A stretch of 64,000 nt of DNA from Hormiphora californensis (Eukaryota > Animalia > Ctenophora), in assembly GCA_020137815.1 (NCBI GenBank), contig CM035359.1:1922001-1986000 (forward strand). The letters are read 5' to 3'. A program made the position numbers and the translations under genes. The notes below the pieces were generated by a model. The model was not told where the DNA came from and did not search any database. It worked only from the letters and a program-made list of their open reading frames with translations. Of the stretch, positions 37,725 to 48,599 are shown one piece after another. Numbering within the stretch: the first letter of the stretch is position 1; each line of letters opens with the position of its first letter.

Positions 37725-40700
37725 GAGCGAGAGAGGAGCAATATATTCCTTTTCCTGCATTGCAGATCAGACAGGGAAAGGACATGCTAACTAATCACGA
37801 CAAAATAATAAATAGTAAAGGGAATTGGGGCAGGGTTGATATATCACTGCGCTGGCCAGCGCAAAGGTTGCTATCCCCTCCCCCAAAAAAGCGGGGGCCA
37901 CGATCTGCTGATTTCTAAACCCTGGATGATATTTAAGCACACGTGCTAAAAAAGACCATCCACCCGGGCAGGGTAAAAATCATCTTGTTTTCAGTTATTG
38001 TGAGTTTTATCGACCTCGGTTTTTCCTGCTCGAGAACGTTCGGAACTTTGTATCGTACAAACGGAACATGGTCCTAAAACTCTGCATCTCATCTCTAGTT
38101 AACATGGGGTAAGTGTGTGACACTGAACTCAATCTCCATCTCTACTAGAGACTCTAGGGTAGATGAAGGGAGAGGAGAGATCGGGACACCCCGGTTTCAT
38201 TACCAAAACGGATCGACATTTGTTACCGCTACTAAATTTAACAAACAAACGAACCTTCCCCTCAGGCCTCAGGTATACCGGCCTCTCCTTAATCCCTTCC
38301 CCTTCCTCCCATTCCCCCCCCTTCACCCCCAGGTACCCTCCCATTCGCCTCACACTTCACCCCGTTCCTCCCAGGTACCAGTGTACGTTTGGTGTGCTAC
38401 AGGCGGGTAGTTACGGGGTGGCACAGACACGAAGAAGGGCGTTCATCCTAGCAGCGGCGCCCGGGGAGACCCTCCCGCAGTTCCCTGAACCTCGCCACGT
38501 CTTCTCCCATGCTGTAAGTCAGGAACCGACCGAATCAGGAAATACTGGTCCCTGATTGGCTGATAACCAGTCACGTGACCTAAATAACGAGTTCTGATTG
38601 GTTGTTTACTTGTTTCGGTCGGTTCCTGCTGTAAGTATTACATACAGTCAAACCTTGATCTACCCCACTCTTCAGGGGGGGGGGGGGGTGAGAATTTGTT
38701 GTTGCTCGGTATTCATTTGAAGTTTGAACTAACTGACTACACTTTTGCAGGGTATGTCTCTGTCTCTAACAGTTGATGGGAAAAGGTTTGGAAGCCACAT
38801 AAATCGCTTCAGCAGCGCACCCCTACGAACAATCACTGTAAGTTGGGGGGGGGGGGGGACAACAATAATCTCATTCGCTCTATCCTACTCCAGGGGGGGG
38901 GGGGTTTTGGCTAGTTCTAGTCATCATTATATGCCCAATTAAAGAACTGCGTGTTCGATGTTCATATTCTCCCCTAGTTTATGTATCAATCTCACTTCTC
39001 CTATTTCCAGGTTCGAGATACAATGTCGGATCTACCTGCTGTGGGAAATGGGGCTTCAGTGACAGAATTAGCTTACAGTAGTGAACCTACAACATGGTTC
39101 CAACGGCAAATTAGAGGTAAATAACCCTTTCGGGCAGGTCATCCTCCAGGCGTAGCAATCACAAACAAACCCTTGTTCAACCTTCACTGAATTGTTCAAC
39201 CTTTACTGGATTGTTCAACCTTTACTGGATTGTTCAACCTTTACTGGATTGTTCAACCTTTACTGAATTGTTCAACCTTTACTGGATTGTTCAACCTTTA
39301 CTGAATTGTTCAACCTTTACTGAATTGTTCAACCTTTACTGAATTGTTCAACCTTTACTGGATTGTTCAACCTTTACTGAATTGTTCAACCTTTACTGAA
39401 TTGTTCAACCTTTACTGGATTGTTCAACCTTTACTGAATTGTTCAACCTTTACTGGATTGTTCAACCTTTACTGGATTGTTCAACCTTTACTGGATTGTT
39501 CAACCTTTACTGGATTGTTCAACCTTTACTGGATTGTTCAACCTTTACTGGATTGTTCAACCTTTACTGGATTGTTCAACCTTTACTGGATTGTTCAACC
39601 TTTACTGAATTGTTCAACCTTTACTGGATTGTTCAACCTTTACTGAATTGTTCAACCTTTACTGAATTGTTCAACCTTTACTGAATTGTTCAACCTTTAC
39701 TGGATTGTTCAACCTTTACTGGATTGTTCTGGACAAATATCACAGTTTGTGATTATCTTGGGTTTTTCTGAAAGTGATCAGTCTTATCATCAGTCTTGGG
39801 TTTGGGTTCGTTCAAGAACAACATCATAGAAGCTTAGTTTATATTATTTTCAAAACGTGAAAGTTATTAAAACTGGATCCCTCTCCCAGGAAATACTACC
39901 ACGCTGACGGACCACATTTGTAAGGAGATGCACCCCCTGGCAGCCATACGAACCAAACACATCCCACTAACACCAGGTAAACATTAAGTTAACATAGGGG
40001 TTATCATTGGGGTTAACATATGGGGTTAGATGTTTTAGTTCCTTATAAGGAACTAAAACATCTAACCCCATATGTTAGACTATAGTCTAATTACGGAACT
40101 AAAAATTGGCTTGGTAACTTACACCCATAATTTCTGCAACTTCGTGCAACATAACCATCCTTGTCATCGTGATCACGCGTGATTTCAACCTCTATCTAGG
40201 AAGTGACTGGCGTGATCTGCCGAATATTGCTGTTAACCTACCCGATGGAACGAGAGCACCCAAACTTATCTACACACATGATGACCGCAAAAACGGTAAA
40301 AAGATTATCACATGCTGCTAGCAGCATGTCATGCTGTATGGGGGTCCTAACCGTAGAGTGATTTTACGGGAAGTTTGGGTATTTACTATTTAGTAATAAT
40401 TTTAAGAAATCAGGCAAGTGGTTTACTTTCCGTTTGTCATTTCAGGTCCACTACGAGGGGTGTGTAGTTGTGCAGAGGGGAGGAGCTGTGATCCATCTGA
40501 TAAACAAAACAACACCCTAATCCCATGGTGCCTGCCCCATACGGGCAATAGGCACAACCACTGGGCAGGGCTGTATGGACGGGCCTTCTGGGATGGGTTC
40601 TTCTCCACTACTATCACCAACCCTGAACCAATGGGAAAACAAGGTAACCTGCTCGTATGTACACGATCCCCGAAATATTATCTGGGCACTTTCTAGTTTC

Positions 40701-41711
40701 TCTGCCAATAGCGACCAATACCGTGATATGAACGTTTCGATGTTCTACATCTCCTCTCCAAATCCTCAAATCCCAACTTCTATTCCACAACTCCGAACCA
40801 GACCTTGTCATACACCCCTCCCCTTACTCCCCCAGGCCTCCTCCTGCACCCTCTAACCCCCCTAACTCCCAGGTCGTGTCCTACACCCGGAGCAGCACCG
40901 TCTGGTGAGTGTGAGGGAGTGTGCCCGCTCCCAGGGGTTCCCTGACTCCCACACTTTCTACGGGAATGTTCTGGATAAACACAGACAGGTAAACTATAAA
41001 ATGGGGGACGTTCAATGTCTCTCTCTCCCCTCTTTTTATTTCCCTCTCTCGCTCTTTCTTTTCCTCTCGGCCGGCGGTATAGAAACAGTTTACCGGTAAA
41101 CTGGCCAGTATGGAATGTAGCTCTAAATTTGGTAGCATTGGTAGTATCGAACTATTTCAAGAAAATCTGTTATCAAGTCTCGACCTTTACGTACCTTTAG
41201 TTTTACACTAACAACTAAATGTCTGGGATATATCTAATTTGACAGGTTCTAGAGCTAGGGAAATAGGAATATATACTATGCAGATACTCCTATAGAGAAC
41301 TAGCATGAGAAGGTGTTGAAGGAAGGCATTGTTCCTTCAACAATTAACACCAAGCAGAGCTAGAAACTTTATTCGAGTGGAATTTGGGTAAACTATTTTA
41401 CTACCATATTTTACTGAACTTGGTAACCTCCCGCCATTAATCCCCGCCTCCCTGGATACTACTCAACTACTGGTAACGAAGTTACCCCCCCCCCCCCCCC
41501 CCCGCGAAGGGCGCCCTACGAAGGTCAAGCGACCTGAATGTGACGTAATTTCGATACCAAACCGGTAACGGGGGTTGTACTAATTGAAATTTTTGAGAGA
41601 GAGACTCTATACCACGAAGCAACACAATATACTTTTGTTCAGGTTGGTAATGCCGTGCCTCCTCCCCTTGCCAAGGCCATTGGAGAAGAAATACTGAAGT
41701 GCATCAAGTAG
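8774..41711 (+). CDS. DNMT1: DNA (cytosine-5)-methyltransferase 1, 30 coding exons, about 1237 aa
   Basis: Exons 8774-8914, 9159-9429, 18446-18541, 18668-18784, 19044-19183, 22035-22086, 22325-22407, 22804-22923, 23773-23909, 24306-24445, 24653-24824, 25046-25197, 25379-25450, 25582-25830, 28335-28432, 28680-28778, 28922-29082, 29373-29487, 29647-29742, 32253-32366, 32576-32652, 37995-38108, 38375-38513, 38751-38837, 39011-39116, 39890-39976, 40200-40295, 40446-40643, 40873-40988, 41643-41711 (3714 nt, all GT-AG, phases consistent). Domains: RFTS ([23 protein letters not shown]), CXXC ([20 protein letters not shown]), BAH1/2, and MTase motifs [47 protein letters not shown]. Confidence 0.97.
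8930..9088. mobile_element. Degenerate CAGTCGGACCCCGAT MITE in DNMT1 intron 1
   Basis: ta|cagtcggaccccgatgtaccgg ... ccggtaaatcgggctatcattg|ta. Confidence 0.75.
9652..12706. mobile_element. 3-kb non-autonomous fold-back DNA transposon, ~795-bp TIRs, 3-bp TSD (CMC/CACTA-like termini)
   Basis: ggt|caccccgtgcctgaac...gttcaggcacggggtg|ggt. Segment 9652-10447 is the near-perfect reverse complement of 11911-12706; no transposase ORF. Confidence 0.9.
13050..13098 (+). promoter_or_regulatory. TATA-containing promoter of peptide gene A, conserved with gene B
   Basis: gccaattaaagtgaccta..tctgtcg..gcgTATAAAAAcc about 90 bp upstream of the ATG; same block on - strand at 16013-16062. Confidence 0.75.
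13181..13651 (+). CDS. Small secreted peptide precursor A (65 aa; putative amidated neuropeptide), nested in DNMT1 intron 2
   Basis: Exons 13181-13203, 13315-13364, 13527-13651 give [69 protein letters not shown] upstream, AATAAA at about 13809, and a paralog supports the exon structure. Confidence 0.8.
13865..14119. repeat. (CAGT)n microsatellite
   Basis: About 60 tandem CAGT units. Confidence 0.97.
15203..15934 (-). CDS. Small secreted peptide precursor B (63 aa; putative amidated neuropeptide), paralog of A, nested antisense in DNMT1 intron 2
   Basis: Exons 15934-15912, 15805-15753, 15574-15526, 15269-15203 give [63 protein letters not shown]; phases consistent. Confidence 0.78.
16013..16062 (-). 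promoter_or_regulatory. TATA-containing promoter of peptide gene B
   Basis: Reverse complement reads cgccaattaaagtgacctacctctgtcgcagtgcatgcgTATAAAAAccc. Confidence 0.75.
16538..18422. mobile_element. hAT-like CAGGAACCGACCGAA MITE (8-bp TSD ttatttaa) split by a nested insertion
   Basis: Left part 16538-16566, right part 18335-18422; flanks ttatttaa|cagg...cctg|ttatttaa. Confidence 0.9.
16567..18334. mobile_element. 1.77-kb non-autonomous DNA transposon, GGGGGGGTCGTCATGTTAAT TIRs, 8-bp TSD aaacaacc (Merlin-like); contains an internal fold-back at 16884-18032
   Basis: aaacaacc|ggggggg tcgtcatgttaat ... attaacatgacga ccccccc|aaacaacc. Confidence 0.9.
19344..20351 (-). CDS. Orphan single-coding-exon class-A (rhodopsin-like) GPCR nested antisense in DNMT1 intron 5
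   Basis: ATG at 20351 follows a ttctgcag acceptor. Seven hydrophobic segments with TM1 N, TM2 LQSVDLL, TM3 [10 protein letters not shown] and TM7 CSAFNPFVY; stop five residues after NPxxY. Confidence 0.88.
   Translation of the reverse strand: MALFSDGGFTSPDIYLTTFILLLALISAALNLKSLHHGYQKPPSIARNLYLFLQSVDLLTCTLLAPWMAYNIATPKMERCFEDEKGLIGFFWNCTENYEHFGYHHPSTLNRVFSTISFTLGYAPCIITGMLATTRLYQIRYPFNKISKKLVTVVTVVAIGYNTIAYGDMIRDKGTDMTALYVVCAHQVFLSFIQTKYTILWLPLPNVMSAYLTVNFCVFIFQFLALLASAVTVVELVKVYMNKVSPQSQQRSARGSVKIIISNFGSLITACSIINMIVVTDKLYDSAILAVGTRSEFTFGGDNKPFYLASSILYGFGLPFLCSAFNPFVYLVMTK
21250..21885. mobile_element. Palindromic ~636-bp Tc1/mariner-type MITE (TA TSD)
   Basis: ta|cagggtgttcattttggatctttac ... 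gtaaagatccaaaatgaacacccag|ta with ~290-bp arms. Confidence 0.9.
23122..23758. mobile_element. Second copy of the palindromic ~636-bp MITE, ending 14 bp before the CXXC exon
   Basis: Same TIRs and TA TSD as 21250-21885. Confidence 0.9.
24835..25013. repeat. (TC)n microsatellite
   Basis: Direct inspection. Confidence 0.95.
26108..28321. mobile_element. 2.2-kb non-autonomous DNA transposon, ~300-bp TIRs, 8-bp TSD ttttttct (Merlin-like GG ends), with (GAGAGG)n arrays and an internal direct duplication
   Basis: ttttttct|ggtactacccgcatcc ... ggatgcgggtagtacc|ttttttct. Confidence 0.9.
29096..29204. mobile_element. hAT-like CAGGAACCGACCGAA MITE (109 bp)
   Basis: 8-bp TSD tgttttag; 15-bp TIR. Confidence 0.92.
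29787..31582. mobile_element. Composite non-autonomous repeat (internal inverted repeat, tandem subrepeats, terminal hairpin), possibly Helentron-derived
   Basis: Inverted repeat 29787-29871 / 30097-30183; tandem cccccataaatcgactatt units 30270-30840; hairpin attgagcttgctcaat at the end; end duplicated at 31735-31831. Confidence 0.55.
32119..32227. mobile_element. hAT-like CAGGAACCGACC MITE
   Basis: TSD ccacgtat / ccatgtat. Confidence 0.88.
33249..33833 (-). CDS. Secreted single-WSC-domain protein (110 aa) nested antisense in DNMT1 intron 21
   Basis: Exons 33833-33653 and 33400-33249: signal [21 protein letters not shown], then [56 protein letters not shown]. Confidence 0.88.
34151..35258. 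mobile_element. 1.1-kb non-autonomous Tc1/mariner-type element (CCGCGCGGCCC TIR, ~125 bp, TA TSD)
   Basis: ta|ccgcgcggcccaaaaaaaactaagggtacg ... cgtacccttagttttttttgggccgcgcgg|ta. Confidence 0.88.
36718..37167. mobile_element. Probable MITE with tatagaccccgctggc TIRs
   Basis: 16-bp inverted termini. Confidence 0.55.
37170..37443 (-). mobile_element. Fragment of CR1/Jockey-group LINE ORF2 (region C-terminal to RT)
   Basis: [50 protein letters not shown]. Confidence 0.85.
37451..37735. repeat. Imperfect (GA)n microsatellite
   Basis: Direct inspection. Confidence 0.95.
38520..38628. mobile_element. hAT-like CAGGAACCGACCGAA MITE inserted at a DNMT1 5' splice site
   Basis: 8-bp TSD ctgtaagt includes the donor GTAAGT. 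Confidence 0.92.
39173..39729. repeat. 19-bp minisatellite (ttgttcaacctttactgRa), about 29 copies
   Basis: Head-to-tail units with no spacers. Confidence 0.97.
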
Positions 41712-42307
41712 GTCAATATATTTCATGATATATATATACTGAGAAAGACATTTACAAAGATGATTTACATTGATTTATAGGTAGAGTGTAGACTTGGAAA
41801 GGTATCTCTAGCAATTACTCTTAGAGTTTTTAGAGGTTGGAGATACCTGATACCGGTTGGAAGATTGACCGCGGCTATGTATAAACGCAACGCATGACAA
41901 TCGCAATTAGGCGAGCAAAATAAAACAGTTATATTTTTAACAATTCATACTGTAATCTAATATAATTTATTATCTTCCTCCAAAAATAACACTTTCTGTT
42001 CTAGACAAACACAATGTTTCTGAAACACACCAGAGCACATCAGTCACTAAGGATCAGAAATTAAGCCATCGGAAACTGACTCAGATAACTACCAGATAAT
42101 TCAGGTCCTGAGTTATCTGGCAAATATTGACCCAAACACCAAAGCATTCCATATTCCACCATTTTCTACCCGGTAGAATATAGATTGAATATATCCCATG
42201 AATATGCCATTATATATATCTACTGTTCTACACCGCACTGATCTTCTCTGGTCCTTCGTCTGCTGGTAGAAGGGATATCCTGAGTCTAATCCTGTCCGGC
42301 TCTTCCT

Positions 42308-42441
42308 CAAACACCCCTTCCTCTGATAGGGCCTGAAAAAGGGGAGAGTTAAACACCCCTTCCTCTGATAGGGCCTGAAAAAGGGGAGAATTAAACACCC
42401 CTGAACCTTCCTCTGATAGGGCCTGAAAAAGGGGAGAGTTA
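42308..42441. repeat. Three tandem copies of a ~41-bp unit
   Basis: aaacacccc..ttcctctgatagggcctgaaaaaggggaga repeated three times. Confidence 0.9.
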
Positions 42442-42829
42442 ATGGATTATACAGTTTATACTGTTTACTAAACATGGAAGAAACTAGTAAAGAAGAATAT
42501 TTGTTTCGCTCAGACCCTCTTAATTTTGAAAAACAGGGCCCGATCAGGGTCATACAAAGTTGCATAGTCAAATTCCCACCTGTGAGAGTTTCCGATGAAA
42601 CTTTCCACCAATCTGCAGAGACGCTCTCCGTTGTGCAGGATACCCTACAAACCCTGTTTCCGAATCTGAATCATTGCACGCACTCGTTCTGCTGTACGTA
42701 GTAGTGGTCACAGTGTCCTGATCTCTTTTGGGTGAATGATAGTCATAAATATGTCGCGTCGGATAAAAAAGGGATTGATTTGCTAGATATTCTAGCTCCC
42801 CCATGTATACTAGTTGTTCACTCCTTCTG

Positions 42830-44955
42830 TCAAACATACCTGAATCGAACACGGTATGGAGGGTTACTGCTTCTTCTGGCTGAAGTTGAGGTCGTATCAC
42901 GTCGGAGGGCTAGCAGTTCAGTCATCTGGAAGTGGAGGAGTGTTGTGAAATTATAGTCACACGAGAAACAAGAACAGCTTAAGATCCGACCTGAAAACTG
43001 CTAAGCAAACAAATGTAGTTCAATAACCTCAGACATTATTGAGGCGCATGACACTGTGTCCGTGTTACACAATTCAAGGACAATGGACATCAAGCAGCTG
43101 TTACACGCTGTTAAAAGCTGTTACACACTGTTACAAGCTGTTACAAGCTGTTTCACATACCTTTGCTTGTTTCGCCATCTTGGCACGTTGTAAGGTTGGT
43201 AGATAGTGGAAGATGTAGATGGATGAATTGGCTGCTGCATTGAGGGCTGGTAGCAACAAATCTGGAAATAAACAGTGGGTTTAACATGATGAAACAATGT
43301 GAGACAGTCAGAAGTGGTACTAATAGTGTTTACCTGCTATCAATCGCTCGTAAGCGGGGAATCTGGTCACATTGGCTGGCGCGTCAGGGTAACGTATCAG
43401 GTAGCAGAACTGAAAAACACGAACGTCAATCAAACGTAAAACTATGATCAACTCACATGACAATATATCGACAGAAGGCCAATTGAAAATTTTTGATCCG
43501 ATGATCACTGCAGTTCACCTACCACTTACCAGTACCCCATTTTGTAGGGAATAACCGAGGATGTTTGATACGACAATTAGGAATGCAGTTAGAAATGTCC
43601 TCTTCCCCGTCTCGTCCACTTCGTATCGGTTATTCTGGTCCTTCTTTAGTAAATTGGATCTTGCTTTGATCACTGCTACTCCTGCTTACAATGTTAGCTT
43701 TTCATGTCATATCCTGGCACCAAAGTTTGGGCGTGACGAGGGTCAAAGCAAAGATTGGTTAATTGCGTGTTCTTCTAGTATAACTGTAACTTACCAAGCA
43801 AGATATTTCCGAAGATCGTTATGCAGAAAGGGATGAGTGAGAGAAGAAGTCTGATCCAAATGTAGGAGAAAAGAAATGGGCTTTTCGGGTTAACGGTCAC
43901 TTTTAGAATACCTGCGGGAATGGAAAGAATTGTCATGCCAAATATTGCCTTAGTCGAAAATTGACTTAGCCTTACGCGTTCAGGGCATTTAGCCTTAGGC
44001 GGTCAGGAAACTTAGCATCATAGGTCTTAAAATCAGAAACCATTATATATTATTATGTTGCATAAGCCATAAACTTATCCTATTTTACCTGTACAAGGCT
44101 CGTAGTAAAAGTCATATAGTTTTGAGAAAAGAAGCGATTCCAGGGCAATATTGAGGAGAAAGCAGAGCAGAATTCCAAACACCGTCCTCTCAAACGTTAA
44201 CAAATACCTATAAACAGCAATGCTTGATGAACCAAGTTTGACAATGGAAAAGGGATGGCAAATAATACATGTGGTTTTCACTAACCGAGATTTGAAAGGG
44301 AAGATATAAACGAATCCTTTGATGGCAGTGAACAGCAGAGTTATCATTTGTGCGATGAATGGGAAGACATTCATGATAAATCCTCCCAACCTTATCGCCC
44401 AGAGAGCCACTGTGTAGTCAGAGAATCGACCATTGAACAGCAGAACGCCACACAAAATCGTTGGTATAATCTGCACAGTGGATAGAGACAGTTCGGTAAA
44501 ATGCTCTCAAATCTGCTTATCTGATATGAAAGGAAAACAACACTATCTGGTATGAGTTGCTCACCTGAGTGCTGTCAACCGCAGCCATGCTGATAAAGAG
44601 AATCCATGTGACCTTCAAGGACACAAGCTTCTGATTGCAAATAAGGAGGATAATGGAGAAAATGTTACCAATTCCTCCTCCTATACCTGGAAAAACAAAA
44701 CAATGTAAAGAATAAAGAAACTTAAAACAATCAATAACGAATTGTAACTCCGTCGCAGCATTCAATAAAATTTAACAGCTGGAATTTACAGTTACACTAC
44801 TGACCTATAAACACCAAAAAAACTGCCAAAATGAAATCCGTTGGGTGGTGAAAATACTCGTGTGGTTCGTAGATGTTACCAACAGTAAACGTCTCATTGA
44901 AACACTCGAGAGTTGAAATGTTACTGAGTGTAGAGTCAGCGGTTTCCATCGACAT
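42830..44955 (-). CDS. Divergent multi-exon class-A GPCR
   Basis: Exons 44955-44805, 44686-44565, 44470-44286, 44207-44089, 43911-43795, 43681-43530, 43409-43334, 43261-43161; last exon either 42990-42979 or 42925-42830. N-terminal sequons NIS/NET, TM1 GN, TM2 MAAVD, TM7 LNAAANSSIY; phases consistent. Confidence 0.8.
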
Positions 44956-47725
44956 ATCCACGGTCCTTTGAACAAATATGAATTTAGAAGCAAATTAAGT
45001 CTGATTTTATTAAAGGAGTCGCTGGGTATAGCTTGGATTGTAAAGTGGGAAACACAGGATTGAGTGGTGTATATATAATATGTCTTCAATGGCAAATGAC
45101 ACCTCTATAACACTCATATATGCAGTTGCCGGTGAAGTTAATGACAATATATGGGAGAGGGCACTATATTGGCAAGGGAACACTTGCACTTACATCATTA
45201 TGATGATCATATGTAAAATATATTGCCTGATAATAATATATTCATTTGACGAATGATTCAATGAACGAATGGAGGAATACGCTTCAAGAGAGCAATTACG
45301 AAAGGGATCAATAGAGAGCTGTAAATTAACACTTCTGGACATTGATATGGGAGTGGCAATTTCAGAATAGAAGACAAAATATGAATATGCTATCTACACC
45401 TCCTTAGTCTTCGTTATGACCACTAGCTAGGTTGAATATCTAACATATTATATGGCTTCAATTATTCCAACGTGCTACATTGCCAACCAGGTATTCAGGT
45501 TTTCTATTGAGAATGCAGTCGCCTGAATATCAACAGCTATCACTAAATGAATCTATCTGTCTGCATGATAGCTATTATCTAAAGGTCGCGATGACGAATA
45601 TCAAGGCACATGTGTCAAAGCTCTATAGAAGATATACATCTGCACTTAGCAAATGTCACATATATATCTACAATATTATGAGTTCTATTACATGTGCCCA
45701 TCATTGCATGTGCCCATCTCTAAAACGATGCTCTAGCAGTCTATCGCACCTATAAGATGACTATAAAACTACTTAAATAAAAGCACAGCGTCTAGTCGAT
45801 ATGCAACGAAATAATGTTGAAGAAATTTATTCTTGGGAGTTAAATGACAAGCATGACGGCTAAAGTATGATTTTATGACATCTTTAGCATCTCTGACGCC
45901 AGTTATTAGCATTTAGTTAGTTATAGGTACGCTTGAAATAAATTCAAAATATAAGAATGGGATCCCGGATCCCTTCAATAAGGAATTAACGAACATCTCA
46001 TGTTTCTCTGTCCTCCCTCGACCAGCTCCCTGCAGTTGTAAAATAGAGATTTGAATGATTGAAACCCTGGAAAATGCCACGGTACCGTCTGCAATGATTG
46101 GACTAATGCTACAACACTACACTATAACATGTGATAGTAACTGGAATTAAACATCTGGTACAATATCTTTTGAGGGCAAAAAAGTGACGCCCCCACCCCC
46201 ATTTGAGATTTCGAGCTCATACGAAGTCAACAACTGCATCATTATATTTTGTTGATTAAGAGTGCAGCCCTTGCTCAACAGAGCATTTCGGGAGAGAAAC
46301 ACTGTGGATTTTAGAAGAAGAGCTCTGGTAGTCATATCATTCAGTCCTTAAAGCCATATTTGGAATGGATTCCTATTTGCAAACTTGTAACTATGTATAT
46401 AGAGGAAACACATGAAAGCATTCAACTACAAAACAGATCAAGTTTTCTGGTTAATCCATCAGATGCTTCTTCTTCGCGGTGGTGGTGGTAGTTTTACGGG
46501 GTGGGGGTGATCATAGGGTTGAGCAAGGCACATTCTACTAAACCATGTATGTATACTTGACGACAACAAAGTGTGACCAGGTGGACAGATTCAAATTTCA
46601 GACCATTTATCAATCATTCCAACTCGCAGTATACCTCTGAAAGTGAAACCTCTGCAGTATACCTGTAGACTAACAGGTAACTGCCAAGCTGTACACGCCC
46701 TATTATAATACTATGTATTGATAATTGTTCAGATTTCACATCTTAGTTTCAATCAAATCAGAACGAATCTAAAATGTGCAAAATACAAAAGAATCCATTT
46801 CCATAACATTAAAGATCAGCTTTATAAATTTAGCACAGTATTCAAATCATGGTTATAAAGTCACCCCTATTTCGCTGTATAGGCCGGAGCTCGACCCAGT
46901 TTCCCCGTGCCTCACGAAATTTACAAATGTAATGAAGGTTAGTAGATATAGAACGGGTACTTTTTGTATGTTGGTCCCGCTGTATAGCATATATAGGGAG
47001 CAAATTCAGATCATGAGTAATCAAATTGGATTCTCCGAACAAACATTTTAGTTCCTTCGACTCATACCACACTCCTAGTTCTACAGCAAAATACTGGACA
47101 GCTGTGAGACGAACAAAAAATGTTACAAATTTATGACAGCTTCAAAAAACATGCATTATATAATATTCCTTTGTTCTACCCGAAGTTGGGTTGTTAGGAA
47201 ATTGAGACAGAATACACACCTATTCAAATACACAGATCTCTACTACATGACGTGTTTCTCTCGTCCTCTGAAATTTGTCACCTTCGTAACTTTGACTAAA
47301 CGACAACGACTAAATGTACAAATAAGGTCCTCACTGGGCATATTCTATCCTAACAACATTACAATTTACTTCGTAAAGTGATGCCTTTCCACCTGAAAAA
47401 TGGTCAGTCTACAAGCTCTATTAGGATAGGACATACTTTTAAAAGGTGACGAGTGGGCAAGATATTTCGAGACAGAGGGGAGATGTTTCCGTCGTGTAAA
47501 ATATGTTGACCAGGCCATCGTACTTTGCCTGATAAGAAGCGGAGAAGGGGGAAATCAATTTTCAAAAAAGGCAAAGGAATTTTTGACTGTGAGAAAATCA
47601 CTGTGAGTGAGAGTTTTCCAAATTTTTGGCGACAAGTCAAGAGATTTTTAATTAAAAAAGAAAAAAACACAAAAACTTTAGTCTTTTCTTGACAATATTT
47701 TCTTATGAAAAAAAAATTAATAATA

Positions 47726-48599
47726 CAGTTGGACCCCGATTTAACGGCCCCCGATTTAGCGGCACCCCGATTTAACGGCAGTATAAATTTCCCCCAAAAA
47801 AATTTTGAGTTTTTTTTTGAAATTTTTTGAAATTTTTTTGAAATTTTTCAAAGGTGTAACCACGTCCGAATCGTGTTTCGAATCGGTGCACCTTATTGCA
47901 TGTCTTGCCGGTAATTATACTGTTCGAAACGAACAGATATGTGATCCCCATGAGGCCCATCGAGTCGCAATTGTGACGCTTGTTAAGCTGGCCCCATGGG
48001 GATCACGTATCGGTTAGTTTCGAACCGTCTAATTAGCGACAGGACGTGCGATAAGATTCATTGATTCGAAACACGATTCGGACGTGGTTTATATACCTTT
48101 GAAAATTTTCATAACTTTTTTTTGCAAAATTCTACAGAATGATTGTCAATGCTTTGATCGGTGCTCCCCATGAATTTTCAGAGGAAAATATATTTTGAAA
48201 TTCGAATTCTTCCTCACCCCGCTTAAAGTGCCTAGATTCGACATGGTATCACGTATCGGTTCGTTTCGAACCGTCTAATTAGCAGCAAGACATGCGATAA
48301 GATGCACTGATTCGGTAAACGATTCGGACGTGGTTGATATGTAGTACGTACCTTAGAAAAATTTTACAACTTTTTTGAAATTTAAAAAAATTATTTTATT
48401 TTTCTAATCAGAAAATAGAAATGATCCCGTAATCAATACATGGACATTGCATTTAACACTTAGAGGTGTTTTAGTAGAGCATTTTGGACAAAAATAGGGT
48501 TTTATGGACCAAATATGCTCTACCCCGATTTAACGGACACCCCGATTTAACGGACAAAACCCTTTCCCCCGAGGGTGCCGTTAAATCGGGGTCCGACTG
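47726..48599. mobile_element. 874-bp member of the CAGTCGGACCCCGATTT TA-TSD family
   Basis: ta|cagttggaccccgatttaacggc ... gccgttaaatcggggtccgactg|ta with internal inverted and direct subrepeats. Confidence 0.88.

Noticed and set aside
39173-39729. CRISPR-like regular array
   Set aside because: Contiguous 19-bp units with no unique spacers in a eukaryotic intron; a minisatellite
42113-42830. ORFs downstream of the multi-exon GPCR
   Set aside because: Non-ATG starts, partly a 41-bp tandem repeat, no recognisable motif; probably 3' UTR
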